The translations under genes were made by a program, and so were the position numbers. 16,996 nt of DNA, taken from Gemmatimonadota bacterium. GTDB taxonomy: Bacteria > Gemmatimonadota > Gemmatimonadetes > Palauibacterales > KS3-K002. This document shows positions 4,714 to 12,455 of the stretch, in pieces (the first letter of the stretch is position 1; the number at the start of each line of letters is the position of its first letter). The stretch lies in the NCBI GenBank assembly GCA_020344215.1, contig CP070815.1, positions 2,228,479 through 2,245,474 of the forward strand, in the 5' to 3' direction. Below the pieces are notes generated by a model. The model had not been told where the DNA came from. It saw only the letters and a program-made list of their open reading frames with translations, and did no database searches.

Positions 4714-5346
4714 TTACGCCCCCAGGGGTTCCCTGAGATGGGCTGCGGTCGTCGTGAGCTGATCGCCCCAGGCCGTCCACCGCTCGTTGTAGCGACGGCG
4801 TGCGTACAGTTCGAGGAAGCGGTCCGCGCCGGTGATCGCCTCGATGAAGTCGTAGCTCGCATCGGGCTTCGCGCTGTGGCCCGCGCGCGGAGCGAAGATG
4901 ACGTTGGGTAGATCACGTCGAACGACGCGGGCACGACCGCGGCGGCACAGCAACATCGGCTCGGTGCAGATGCGACTGTAGTGGCCGCCACCGATGCGCG
5001 GCTTGCCGTCCGCCGTGGTCTTGATCCAGACGATCTCTTGCTTGGGCTCGAAGCCCCACGCCCGTGCGACGGCTTGTGCCTGTCCGTCGAGCACGAAGGC
5101 GTGCGGAGCCCACAGGAACAAGAACGCGTCATCGGCGGCGAGCGACTGCACCATCGGCCCGGCGACCGTCAGGTCGTCCGTCGGCAGCACGTCGTAGTGT
5201 GCGTACGTCCGACCGGTGCCCGCGTGGCTCGGCGCCATGCGCGAGCCGGTGTCGCGGAACTTCCACGGCGGATCCGCGACGATGACGGAGAACGTCGACG
5301 GCGCGGCCTGCGCGAACGGAAACGAGAGTTGTTCGGGTTCAGTCAC
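4714..5346 (-). CDS. MT-A70 family DNA N6-adenine methyltransferase (210 aa)
   Basis: The catalytic DPPW motif is in the context VIVADPPWKF, and the overall order is MT-A70-like (LFLW...W.K). GTG at 5346 overlaps the upstream TGA (GTGA), with GAGG 8 nt upstream. GTG at 5367 is an alternative start. Confidence 0.85.
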   Translation of the reverse strand: MTEPEQLSFPFAQAAPSTFSVIVADPPWKFRDTGSRMAPSHAGTGRTYAHYDVLPTDDLTVAGPMVQSLAADDAFLFLWAPHAFVLDGQAQAVARAWGFEPKQEIVWIKTTADGKPRIGGGHYSRICTEPMLLCRRGRARVVRRDLPNVIFAPRAGHSAKPDASYDFIEAITGADRFLELYARRRYNERWTAWGDQLTTTAAHLREPLGA

Positions 5347-5594
5347 TTCCAGCCTCGCTCGCGCCACTCGCGCGAGCCCGGAAAGATGTCGCAGTACGGC
5401 GGCGGCAACGGCTCGCCGTCCGGCGTCGCGATCATCTTGAGATGCTGTCCTCGGCGTTCACGCGCACGCCAGTGCGTACCGCACAGCCGTCGGGTCTGCT
5501 GGCCGTCGTCGATCTCGAAGATCCAGGCCGCTTCCCACGGACATTGGTGATGGTCTTTCGTGGTGTCTTCGCACTTGAACATGATCTCCCCCAT
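5343..5594 (-). CDS. Hypothetical protein (83 aa)
   Basis: ATG at 5594 (alternative ATG at 5582 preceded by GGGGGAG). Codon bias is good. No motif recognised. Confidence 0.7.
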   Translation of the reverse strand: MGEIMFKCEDTTKDHHQCPWEAAWIFEIDDGQQTRRLCGTHWRARERRGQHLKMIATPDGEPLPPPYCDIFPGSREWRERGWK

Positions 5595-5601
5595 GTTGTC
5601 T

Positions 5602-5910
5602 CTACCCCCAGGCGCGCCAGGCCAGGGACACGATCACGACGATCGTCGCAACCGCGAGGATGCCTGCAAGCAGGAGCGCCGGCGGTGTGCCGGTCGATGC
5701 GACGCGACCGTCGTCGAGCATCGCGCGCAGCATCTTTTTGGCCGTCGCCTCCGAGATAACGCCGCGAGGCACCGGCGGAATGACCGCAATCGGGCCGGAC
5801 GGTTGCTGTCGTGCTGGGTGCGGTCCCGACACCTCGACGAGCGCGTACGTCTTGTCGGTCGCCTCGTCTTCGACGACACGCAATGCCGGAATGCCCTGGG
5901 TCGGCGTCAC
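5602..5910 (-). CDS. Hypothetical protein with a C-terminal transmembrane anchor (102 aa)
   Basis: GTG at 5910 overlaps the upstream TGA (GTGA), with AGGGAG 6 nt upstream. The C-terminal segment PPALLLAGILAVATIVVIVSLAWRAW is hydrophobic. Confidence 0.7.
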   Translation of the reverse strand: MTPTQGIPALRVVEDEATDKTYALVEVSGPHPARQQPSGPIAVIPPVPRGVISEATAKKMLRAMLDDGRVASTGTPPALLLAGILAVATIVVIVSLAWRAWG

Positions 5911-6584
5911 TTCGGCTCCCTGGCAGCGCGTACGAGCGCCTCGTACTTCGTTTGATGGATGATCCCGGCGACTGCGGGCGCGGGCAGGATCTTGCGGTGC
6001 TTGAGGATACGCACGTAGGCGTCGCGTGCCTCGTCCTGCTCGGGGATGTCGGCCGGGCGAAGCTGAAGCTCGTCGGCGGCCATCGGCAGGTACGTCGACT
6101 CGATGTAGACGTAGGCCGCGTGGATGACGCCCTCGGGCGCGTCGGATCGCACGCCGAGCGTCGCATACGCGAGCAAGTCGGGAGAGTCCAACTCGTCCTC
6201 CATCAACTCGGTCAACGCCGCCTGGGCCGGCTCGGTGTAGTTGACCTTGCCCTCGCCGTAGTGCTTGTTGAGCAGTTGCGCGGCGTCGCGCCAGCCGCCA
6301 CGCCCGACCTTCCAGACCTTGAGATCCCTGTCCCACTTGCGGTCGCTGTAGTCGAGGCGCGTCTTTAGCTCATCGACGAAGTCCGGGTCGTACGGCGTGC
6401 GCAGCACGAACCAGTGCCCGGTGATGTCGATGTCCACGAACGCGCCGCACGTCGGCTTGCGTCGCGGCTTCGACGGCGGTTGACGGGACATGACGACACG
6501 ATTGCCGTCGATCTCCCGCTCGACCTTCCACCCCTCGCCCTCGAACGCAGCCACCTCGCTGCGGTGAATTGCCTTGACTTCCAT
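5907..6584 (-). CDS. Hypothetical protein (225 aa); the C-terminal region weakly resembles a J domain lacking HPD
   Basis: ATG at 6584 with a GGGCGAGAG ribosome-binding region. LLAYATLGVRSDAPEGVIHAAY...YLP...ARDAYVRIL resembles the J-domain pattern Y..LGV...A....I..AY.....HPD...AY..L, but HPD is replaced by YLP. This is a by-eye resemblance only. Confidence 0.75.
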   Translation of the reverse strand: MEVKAIHRSEVAAFEGEGWKVEREIDGNRVVMSRQPPSKPRRKPTCGAFVDIDITGHWFVLRTPYDPDFVDELKTRLDYSDRKWDRDLKVWKVGRGGWRDAAQLLNKHYGEGKVNYTEPAQAALTELMEDELDSPDLLAYATLGVRSDAPEGVIHAAYVYIESTYLPMAADELQLRPADIPEQDEARDAYVRILKHRKILPAPAVAGIIHQTKYEALVRAAREPK

Positions 6585-6606
6585 TCTCTCGCCCTTTCGC
6601 TCTCAG

Positions 6607-6635
6607 TATCCACCAAGAACGGCTCCCGGTGGATA
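6607..6635. promoter_or_regulatory. 8-bp perfect inverted repeat TATCCACC-N13-GGTGGATA in a 57-nt intergenic gap
   Basis: Read directly from the sequence. It sits between the small 6642..6797 ORF and the 5907..6584 gene. The right half plus spacer recurs at 7531..7549. Confidence 0.5.
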
Positions 6636-6641
6636 GGGATG

Positions 6642-6797
6642 TCAGCGATGCACTCGCTTGACGCAACACTCGTAGATTTCGCGATCCCACAGATCTTCGA
6701 TGACGACGCGAACGCCGTCGGGCGTCTCGGTGAACGTGCGCCGCTGCACGAACCAACCGCTCTCATCTTGCTCGCGCCACGTGATCTTGTAGGTCAC
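6642..6797 (-). CDS. Small hypothetical protein (51 aa), absent from the ORF track because of its length
   Basis: My own translation of the minus strand gives MTYKITWREQDESGWFVQRRTFTETPDGVRVVIEDLWDREIYECCVKRVHR. GTG at 6797 overlaps the HNH gene TGA (GTGA). Third-position GC is high. It fills an otherwise empty 150-nt gap. Confidence 0.5.
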   Translation of the reverse strand: MTYKITWREQDESGWFVQRRTFTETPDGVRVVIEDLWDREIYECCVKRVHR

Positions 6798-7306
6798 AGA
6801 TGCTTCCAGTTGTATTTGATCGCGGATCGAACAGTATCTCGTGAAACACCATACTCAGCGGCGAGCGCGGTGATCGAAACGCCGGCGCGGTGACGAGCGC
6901 GCAGTGCCGTCACCTGCTTCTCGTTGAGGATCGCCCGGCCGTTCTTCGAGCCCTTCGGAGTCGTGCCGTGACGATCCCGATCGCGCATATTCTCTAGCTG
7001 CGTGCCCCAGGCAAGATTCTCGACGCGGTTGTCGTCGCGTATGCCATTGAGGTGCCGCACCTGCGCGCCGTCGAACGGCGGGTCGCCTTTGAACGTCACC
7101 ATCACCAGTCGCGCCACAGCGTAGTTTCCACGCCCTGGATTTCCTCGGGCGAACAGGCTCACCCGCATGTACCCGTCCTTGTCAGCTACCAGACGACGTA
7201 TCAGCGGCTCGCCGTATCGCTTGCGTGTGAGGCTGCGCACGCGTCCCTGATCACTGACCTCGTACATATCAGGTGCCCACGGCAGGGCCTTCCACGTCTC
7301 GTGCAT
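6794..7306 (-). CDS. Free-standing HNH homing endonuclease (NUMOD4-like N-terminus, HNH_3 core, C-terminal helix-turn-helix)
   Basis: WKALPWAPDMYEVSDQGRVRS is NUMOD4-like. HLNGIRDDNRVENLAWGTQLEN is the HNH_3 motif. The C-terminal ITALAAEYGVSRDTVRSAI is HTH-like. ATG at 7306 overlaps the upstream TGA by 1 nt; GTG at 7309 is an alternative. Confidence 0.9.
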   Translation of the reverse strand: MHETWKALPWAPDMYEVSDQGRVRSLTRKRYGEPLIRRLVADKDGYMRVSLFARGNPGRGNYAVARLVMVTFKGDPPFDGAQVRHLNGIRDDNRVENLAWGTQLENMRDRDRHGTTPKGSKNGRAILNEKQVTALRARHRAGVSITALAAEYGVSRDTVRSAIKYNWKHL

Positions 7307-7578
7307 CACACAGGGCCTTCACACTTGCACGGGTAGGGACCGCCTTCGGCGTGCCACGTCCGGCGACCGCAATCGCACTCAATGGGCACCTGCCCCATTG
7401 CACGGTTGACGATCTTGTGCGGCATGTGTCCCGACGTGACCCACACGATCGCACGGCGATTGCTGCGCGTAAGTCGTCGCAGCGTCGAGTCGAGGATCCG
7501 GTACTTGCCCCACAGCGACGGCCGCCCCACGAACGGCTCCCTGTGGATATTGACGGTGGTGGTTAGTGTGGACGCCAC
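7306..7578 (-). CDS. Hypothetical Cys-rich protein (90 aa, or 74 aa from GTG 7530)
   Basis: GTG at 7578 overlaps the upstream gene by 16 nt. The internal GTG at 7530 has AGGGAG 6 nt upstream and may be the true start. No motif recognised. Confidence 0.6.
   Translation of the reverse strand: MASTLTTTVNIHREPFVGRPSLWGKYRILDSTLRRLTRSNRRAIVWVTSGHMPHKIVNRAMGQVPIECDCGRRTWHAEGGPYPCKCEGPV
7531..7549. repeat. 18/19-nt copy of the 6617..6635 motif (GAACGGCTCCC[T/G]GTGGATA)
   Basis: Read directly from the sequence. On the minus strand it reads TATCCAC[A/C]GGGAGCCGTTC, so it contains the GGGAG ribosome-binding-like core just upstream of GTG 7530. Confidence 0.8.
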
Positions 7579-8171
7579 GTAGCCATCGCCTCCGCGTAGT
7601 CGAAGTGTTTGCCACTGAAGTGGTCGATCGTAACCGGCTCTCCGTCGAAGTACAGAATGTGCTCGTTGTAGACGTACATGTACTCCGGCACTGCACGCTT
7701 CTTCTCGACGAACTCCCGACCGTCGCCGTTAATCCGCCAATTGCCCGAGCGGTGCTTCTTCGGATTTCCGTTCGGTTCTTCTTCGATTAGGCCGTAGTGC
7801 ACCGGGCGCGTATAGTCCCGCGAGGCCATGATCTTTTGCGGCATCATCCGTACGCTGTGGAACGCCCCCGGGTTTGCGTGGTCCTTCCAGTAGAGCCACA
7901 CCAGAAAGTGGCAGCAGTTAGCGGACAGCCGATAACGGTACCGCTTCGCGAACTGACCGCAGCACGGACATCGCCGTCCCGTCGGCAGCGTCCAGATAAG
8001 CGCGTCTTGCGCCGCGTCGAGAGTCTCGCCATTCACCTGCGGCACGACACTCTTGACCAGGTTGTACTCGCGCGCGGCGGCGCACGACTGGCACCGCAAG
8101 CTATTCGCGTCAAATTGGTCGAGCCTTTTGACACAACCACAGTCGACGCAGCGCCTGCCTGTAGTGATCAT
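7563..8171 (-). CDS. Hypothetical protein with two Zn-ribbon-like Cys clusters (202 aa)
   Basis: ATG at 8171 directly abuts the polymerase TAG. Cys clusters are TGRRCVDCGC...CQSC and TGRRCPCCGQ. No family recognised. Confidence 0.8.
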   Translation of the reverse strand: MITTGRRCVDCGCVKRLDQFDANSLRCQSCAAAREYNLVKSVVPQVNGETLDAAQDALIWTLPTGRRCPCCGQFAKRYRYRLSANCCHFLVWLYWKDHANPGAFHSVRMMPQKIMASRDYTRPVHYGLIEEEPNGNPKKHRSGNWRINGDGREFVEKKRAVPEYMYVYNEHILYFDGEPVTIDHFSGKHFDYAEAMATWRPH

Positions 8172-11100
8172 CTAGCTCACCTTGTCCCAGGAGTCGCCGA
8201 TCTTCGCGTCGGCGGGGAAATGGATCGTGACTCCGTTGTGGGTGTGCTCTTGTGTGAGGTTGTCGCTGACGGCCGTGCAGACGTCGTCGGCCTTGTCCTC
8301 GTCGCACTCGACGTAGATCGCGTCGTGGACCTGCAAGATGACCTCGGCCGTCGGATCGACGTCGGGCAGCGCGTCGACGACGCGAAGAAGTCCGGTGTCC
8401 ATGAAATCAGCCCCCGTAGCCTGCACGCCGAAATTGAATACGGTCGATTCTTCAGCGTTCCCGAGCGGGAAGCATCGCCGACGGCCGTACAGGAAGCTGC
8501 GCATCTCGCGCTTGGTGGCGACGTCGCGCAGCAGTTGCTGGTGCCACGCCTCGACGCCGGTCATCTTCGACTTCATCAGATCGTTCATGCGATGTACGTC
8601 AGCCGCGCTGATCTCGGGGTAGTCGCGGGTCAACGCGTCGATCATCGTCTGGACACTACCCCCGTACAGCGCGCAGTTGTGGTGCAGAAACCCCTCGGCG
8701 ATGAACGTACCCGTCGTCGTCTCCAACGCGACGAGCGGCTGCATCCCGATAGGCTCCACGCTAAGCACCTTTGCATTGGGCGTGAAGTCGCGTAGACGAC
8801 AGCCATTCCACAACCGATTCGAGTTAGCCAGCAACCGGCGAGGACGGATCGTGCCCAGGAAACGCAGCATCTCCCATAGACCGCCTTGGATCTCTGTCCG
8901 CACGACGGCGTCGCTGGCACGCTCGGCGGTGTGGAGCCGGAACGCGCGCGCGGCCATCTCGGCGATCAGGGTGTCGAGCAGCTCGTTCGGCTTCTGACCC
9001 AAGCCGATCACACGATGACCTACGTTACCCTCACCGTCATACGCACCAGCCAGGTAGCCGGCGCCCCACGATCGATCTTCAGTCCACGGTTCTGTTGTGA
9101 ACGAGAGCAAATCGCCGGGGCGAAGCTCGTCGGTCCGAACCCACGCCTTGCAGGCGTATCGCTTCTTGCTGCGTATGCGCTTATCTGCACGCATCCGCCC
9201 GATCCACAGGTGCTCGTCGCTCGCGACGACGTCTCCCTGTGTCGTACTGACGCGATATGCTGGTTGCTCGACGAAGCGCACACTATTGACGCGTGCCGCC
9301 GCGAAGTAGGGCTCGTCGCGACGTCTCCATGGACGCCCGATCGGCGGCTCGGTGAACGCCAACAGATCATCGCCCTCGCGCAGCGTTTCGATCGGCACCC
9401 AGCGAAGGTCCTGCGTCAGCACGCGCGATCCCGGCGCCAAGCAGTACTCCGGGCGCTTGATCATGTCGCGGAGTTGCTTGCGCTGATCGACGGGCAGGCT
9501 GTCGAACGTCGGCCATACGATGCGCGCGAACTCCGAGTGGATGTCTTTGTTGTTGGCGAAGATCTCGACGAGGAAGGCGTCACCGGACAGCAGCGCGATG
9601 ATGCGCGCTTCGAGTTGGGCGAAGTCCGCGCCTACGATCTTGCGCCCCGGCGGTGCGACGACCTGTTCGCGCAGGTTCGGGCGGTTCTTCTTGGGATCCG
9701 CTTTCGGCCAGTTCATGCAATTGCTTGCAATTATTACCTTTTTGTCGCGACGGACAACGACGTAGCCGCTCGGCACCGTCACGCAGTACACCGGCTGCGG
9801 CCCTTGCACGCGTTCAACGCACGTCGCCGAGCTGTGGTTCGACACCGCCCGCGACGAGAACCGAACTTGCCAATTCGGCTTCTTTTGGATCGGCGACCGT
9901 GTGTAGCGACGAACGACGGTGCGACGTCCGCACAGCGCCGCGAGCGCTTGTACCCAATCCGCGTTGGACTCGATCGACGAGTAGTATTCGCAGCCCGTCT
10001 GTGTGTTGCCGTCCCAATACACAATCTCGTCGATCAACACCTCGACCGTGTCGCGTGTAAGCGTCAGTAATGACGATCCGAACTGCTTGGCGCGGCCCCC
10101 GAGCAGATCAGCTACGCGACTGCCGGCGGGGCACTTCTTCACATAGATCCGAACGCGGCGACGGGGCTGCCCGGTGAATGGGCTTGGCTTCCAGCGCTCG
10201 GTCAACGTGTAGGCGAGGTTCAGTGACTCCAGTGCGTTGACGAGTCGATCGACCTTGCGCTGCTTGGTGAACTGGAAGTCCCACCCGGAGCCGTTCCACG
10301 TACCGTCAGCCTGCGCGGCGCAGAGCAACGTCACCAGCGAATCATTTAACGCCTCGTCACCGAACGCGTAGTTTCCTGCGTGAATGAACTCATCGTGCGT
10401 ATCGGTGAACGAGTAGTCGCCGGCTTGCACGTCGACGTAGCTGCCACTTCGTCGGCGGTACAATAGGCCGTGATCGGGCGTCACGTACAGGTCCACATAA
10501 CGACCTGCCATGCGGATCATTTCATCCGCCGTGTAGTGGACGTAGTCGGTCGGCGTCACGAACTGGATCGATTCGTCCGTCTTGTCGTACTGCGCGACGC
10601 GCACATCGCGCGGCAGTTCGTCGAAGCGTACCCAACCACGTTCGGTCAGGATCTCCGTCGCACCGTCGAAGCAATTGGGGTGCTCGGCACCCCACCGGCC
10701 GGTGATCTTATTGACCGACCACACCGGGTGGATGCGGTCGTTGTCGTCCATGTAGTGGGGCAGCTTGGCGACGAACGTCGAGTTCATCTTGGCGGCCTCA
10801 CGGAAGTCTACGATCGCCGCGACCTCGGGCACGTGCGCGATGGCTTCGAGCACTTCGCGCTTCGTGGACGTCTTGCCCTTGGCGGTCTGCTGATACAGCG
10901 ACACGCCGCGCGCTTTGAGGTAGGCGGCGACGTGATCAGCGTTGCCGATCGAGAACTCGAACTTGCCCTTCTCGATCTCCTTGTCCAACTCGACCAGCCG
11001 GACGGCGTGGCGAGCCAGGTAGTCGGGTGGGTCGCTCTTGCGACGACGCTTGGCGCGCTCGGCGGCGAGCCGGTCCTTGAACTTCTCGAACGTCTCGTCG

Positions 11101-12455
11101 TCGTAGACCAGCTCGCGAAGCTGCGCCATCGAGTCGTCGAGGACCTTGTTGAACCGCACCTGCATGGCGGTGTTGACCTCGCGATTGATCGGGACGCCGA
11201 CCTCGGACATGTGGGCCGCAATCTCGGCCATCTTGATGTCGATGTCGTAGGTCTTGTCGCTGCCAGACGCCTTCAGGCAGTTGCGCAGCGGTGCGCGAAG
11301 TCGAGCCGTCGCCAACGCGTCGCGCGCGTTGTAGGTCAGTAGCTCATCGACGCCGCCCTTGCCGCCCCGAAACTCGGCCTTCCACGGCCCGATGCAGAAG
11401 AACTGCGTCGTCACGCGCTGGAGGTCGTGGGCGAGGCCCGGAAACGCCGAGTGGTGCATCAGCAGCGTACAATCGACCACGCCGCGCGCCGGCATGTTGT
11501 GCCGCGCGAAGACCTGCGTGTCGTACATCCGGTTGTGCATGACCTTCTCGATGGTCGAGTCGGCCATCAAGCTGGCGATGACTTTCTTGGTGAGCGGACG
11601 GAGAATCGAATACGCGACGGAGACGCCGAGCTTGGGCGTCGCCATCCCGATCGCCGTCAGCTTTGCGTACATCGGCTCGATGGCGAGGTGGCCGTCGGTG
11701 CCGACCGTCTCGGCGTCGATCGCCATGATGCGCTCGGTCCGCGCGGTCTGCGCGAACATGAGCACCAGTTCGTGCGCCTTGGACGGGTCGTCGGCCTCGG
11801 TAGCGATGTCGTCGGAGAACATCACGTTCTCGCCGCTCGCCACGCGCTTGACCTTGGCGACGTCGTACAGCAGGTTCCAGAACAGCAGATCCACCGCGTG
11901 TGCGCCGGATGCTCCGTCGCCGCCGCGAAGAATCGCCGCCGGGTGAATCGTCGGGATGACGGGACGATCGCCGCGACCGTCGATGTCAACCTCGTGGACG
12001 GACCCGGCCAGCTTGGAGATCGAGAACTTGTCGCCGAGGAATCCCTGCGCGGCGACGCCGCCCAGCGCGAGGATCGGCAGCTTCGGCAAGCTGCGAAGCT
12101 CGTCGTGTAGACGCGGCTCGCAGCACTGGCGCGCCGCCTTCTTCTTGGCGTCGCCGGCGCCCGGCGGCGGAATGCACAGCGTCGCGTTAGTGATCCACAG
12201 CGACGAGCGCTCGATTTTGACTGCCCGAAGGGCCTGGTCTAACATTCGACCCGATGCCCCCACGAACGGGATGCCCGCCTCGACCTCGTTACGACCTGGC
12301 CCTTCCCCGACGACAATCGCAGCCGCATCGTCGGGGCCGATGCCACGCACGGGCCTGTTCGGCTTGCCGCCTGCTGCAAAGGGACACTCGGCGCAGTTCG
12401 GCGACGCGTCGGGTCCGCGACGGACGTCGTTGTCGGTCTGTGCGGTAGACATCAT
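8172..12455 (-). CDS. Family A DNA polymerase with an N-terminal family-4 UDG domain and 3'-5' exonuclease domain, interrupted by two inteins (1427 codons; predicted spliced product 853 aa)
   Basis: ATG at 12455 overlaps the upstream TGA (ATGA). UDG motifs are GEGPGRNE, FVGASG and HPAAILR. Exonuclease motifs are AIDAET, HNRMYD and YNARDA. Polymerase motif A is GADFAQLEAR and motif C is LQVHDAIYVE. The pre-motif-A segment HPN|CMNWP and motif B segment KRPEY|CALYGG are each split by an intein. The first 75 codons of the 1502-aa track ORF overlap the upstream gene and are rejected. Confidence 0.95.
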   Translation of the reverse strand: MMSTAQTDNDVRRGPDASPNCAECPFAAGGKPNRPVRGIGPDDAAAIVVGEGPGRNEVEAGIPFVGASGRMLDQALRAVKIERSSLWITNATLCIPPPGAGDAKKKAARQCCEPRLHDELRSLPKLPILALGGVAAQGFLGDKFSISKLAGSVHEVDIDGRGDRPVIPTIHPAAILRGGDGASGAHAVDLLFWNLLYDVAKVKRVASGENVMFSDDIATEADDPSKAHELVLMFAQTARTERIMAIDAETVGTDGHLAIEPMYAKLTAIGMATPKLGVSVAYSILRPLTKKVIASLMADSTIEKVMHNRMYDTQVFARHNMPARGVVDCTLLMHHSAFPGLAHDLQRVTTQFFCIGPWKAEFRGGKGGVDELLTYNARDALATARLRAPLRNCLKASGSDKTYDIDIKMAEIAAHMSEVGVPINREVNTAMQVRFNKVLDDSMAQLRELVYDDETFEKFKDRLAAERAKRRRKSDPPDYLARHAVRLVELDKEIEKGKFEFSIGNADHVAAYLKARGVSLYQQTAKGKTSTKREVLEAIAHVPEVAAIVDFREAAKMNSTFVAKLPHYMDDNDRIHPVWSVNKITGRWGAEHPNCFDGATEILTERGWVRFDELPRDVRVAQYDKTDESIQFVTPTDYVHYTADEMIRMAGRYVDLYVTPDHGLLYRRRSGSYVDVQAGDYSFTDTHDEFIHAGNYAFGDEALNDSLVTLLCAAQADGTWNGSGWDFQFTKQRKVDRLVNALESLNLAYTLTERWKPSPFTGQPRRRVRIYVKKCPAGSRVADLLGGRAKQFGSSLLTLTRDTVEVLIDEIVYWDGNTQTGCEYYSSIESNADWVQALAALCGRRTVVRRYTRSPIQKKPNWQVRFSSRAVSNHSSATCVERVQGPQPVYCVTVPSGYVVVRRDKKVIIASNCMNWPKADPKKNRPNLREQVVAPPGRKIVGADFAQLEARIIALLSGDAFLVEIFANNKDIHSEFARIVWPTFDSLPVDQRKQLRDMIKRPEYCLAPGSRVLTQDLRWVPIETLREGDDLLAFTEPPIGRPWRRRDEPYFAAARVNSVRFVEQPAYRVSTTQGDVVASDEHLWIGRMRADKRIRSKKRYACKAWVRTDELRPGDLLSFTTEPWTEDRSWGAGYLAGAYDGEGNVGHRVIGLGQKPNELLDTLIAEMAARAFRLHTAERASDAVVRTEIQGGLWEMLRFLGTIRPRRLLANSNRLWNGCRLRDFTPNAKVLSVEPIGMQPLVALETTTGTFIAEGFLHHNCALYGGSVQTMIDALTRDYPEISAADVHRMNDLMKSKMTGVEAWHQQLLRDVATKREMRSFLYGRRRCFPLGNAEESTVFNFGVQATGADFMDTGLLRVVDALPDVDPTAEVILQVHDAIYVECDEDKADDVCTAVSDNLTQEHTHNGVTIHFPADAKIGDSWDKVS
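8676..9443 (-). mobile_element. Intein 2 (256 aa) with one clear LAGLIDADG motif, inserted in polymerase motif B
   Basis: Junctions are KRPEY|CLAPGSRVLT and GTFIAEGFLHHN|CALYGG, and block B is ASDEH. The one clear LAGLIDADG motif is GYLAGAYDGEGNV. Junction codons were verified on the DNA (TGC at 9443..9441, AAC at 8678..8676, +1 TGC at 8675..8673). Confidence 0.9.
9720..10673 (-). mobile_element. Intein 1 (318 aa) with a two-motif LAGLIDADG homing-endonuclease domain, inserted in the PNLQNIP-equivalent segment of the polymerase
   Basis: N-terminal splice junction is HPN|CFDGATEIL and block B is VTPDH. LAGLIDADG-like motifs are LVTLLCAAQADGTW and VLIDEIVYWDGNT. Block F/G is VYCVTVPSGYVVVRRDKKVIIASN|CMNWP. 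Junction codons were verified on the DNA (TGC at 10673..10671, AAT at 9722..9720, +1 TGC at 9719..9717). The 3' end is locally AT-rich. Confidence 0.9.
11856..12413 (-). other. Uracil-DNA glycosylase family-4-like domain at the polymerase N-terminus (approximate bounds)
   Basis: Motif A GEGPGRNE, FVGASGRMLD and motif B IHPAAILRG. Cys residues (CAEC, LCIPP, QCCEP) are placed as in Fe-S-containing family-4 UDGs. Bounds were estimated by eye. Confidence 0.75.
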
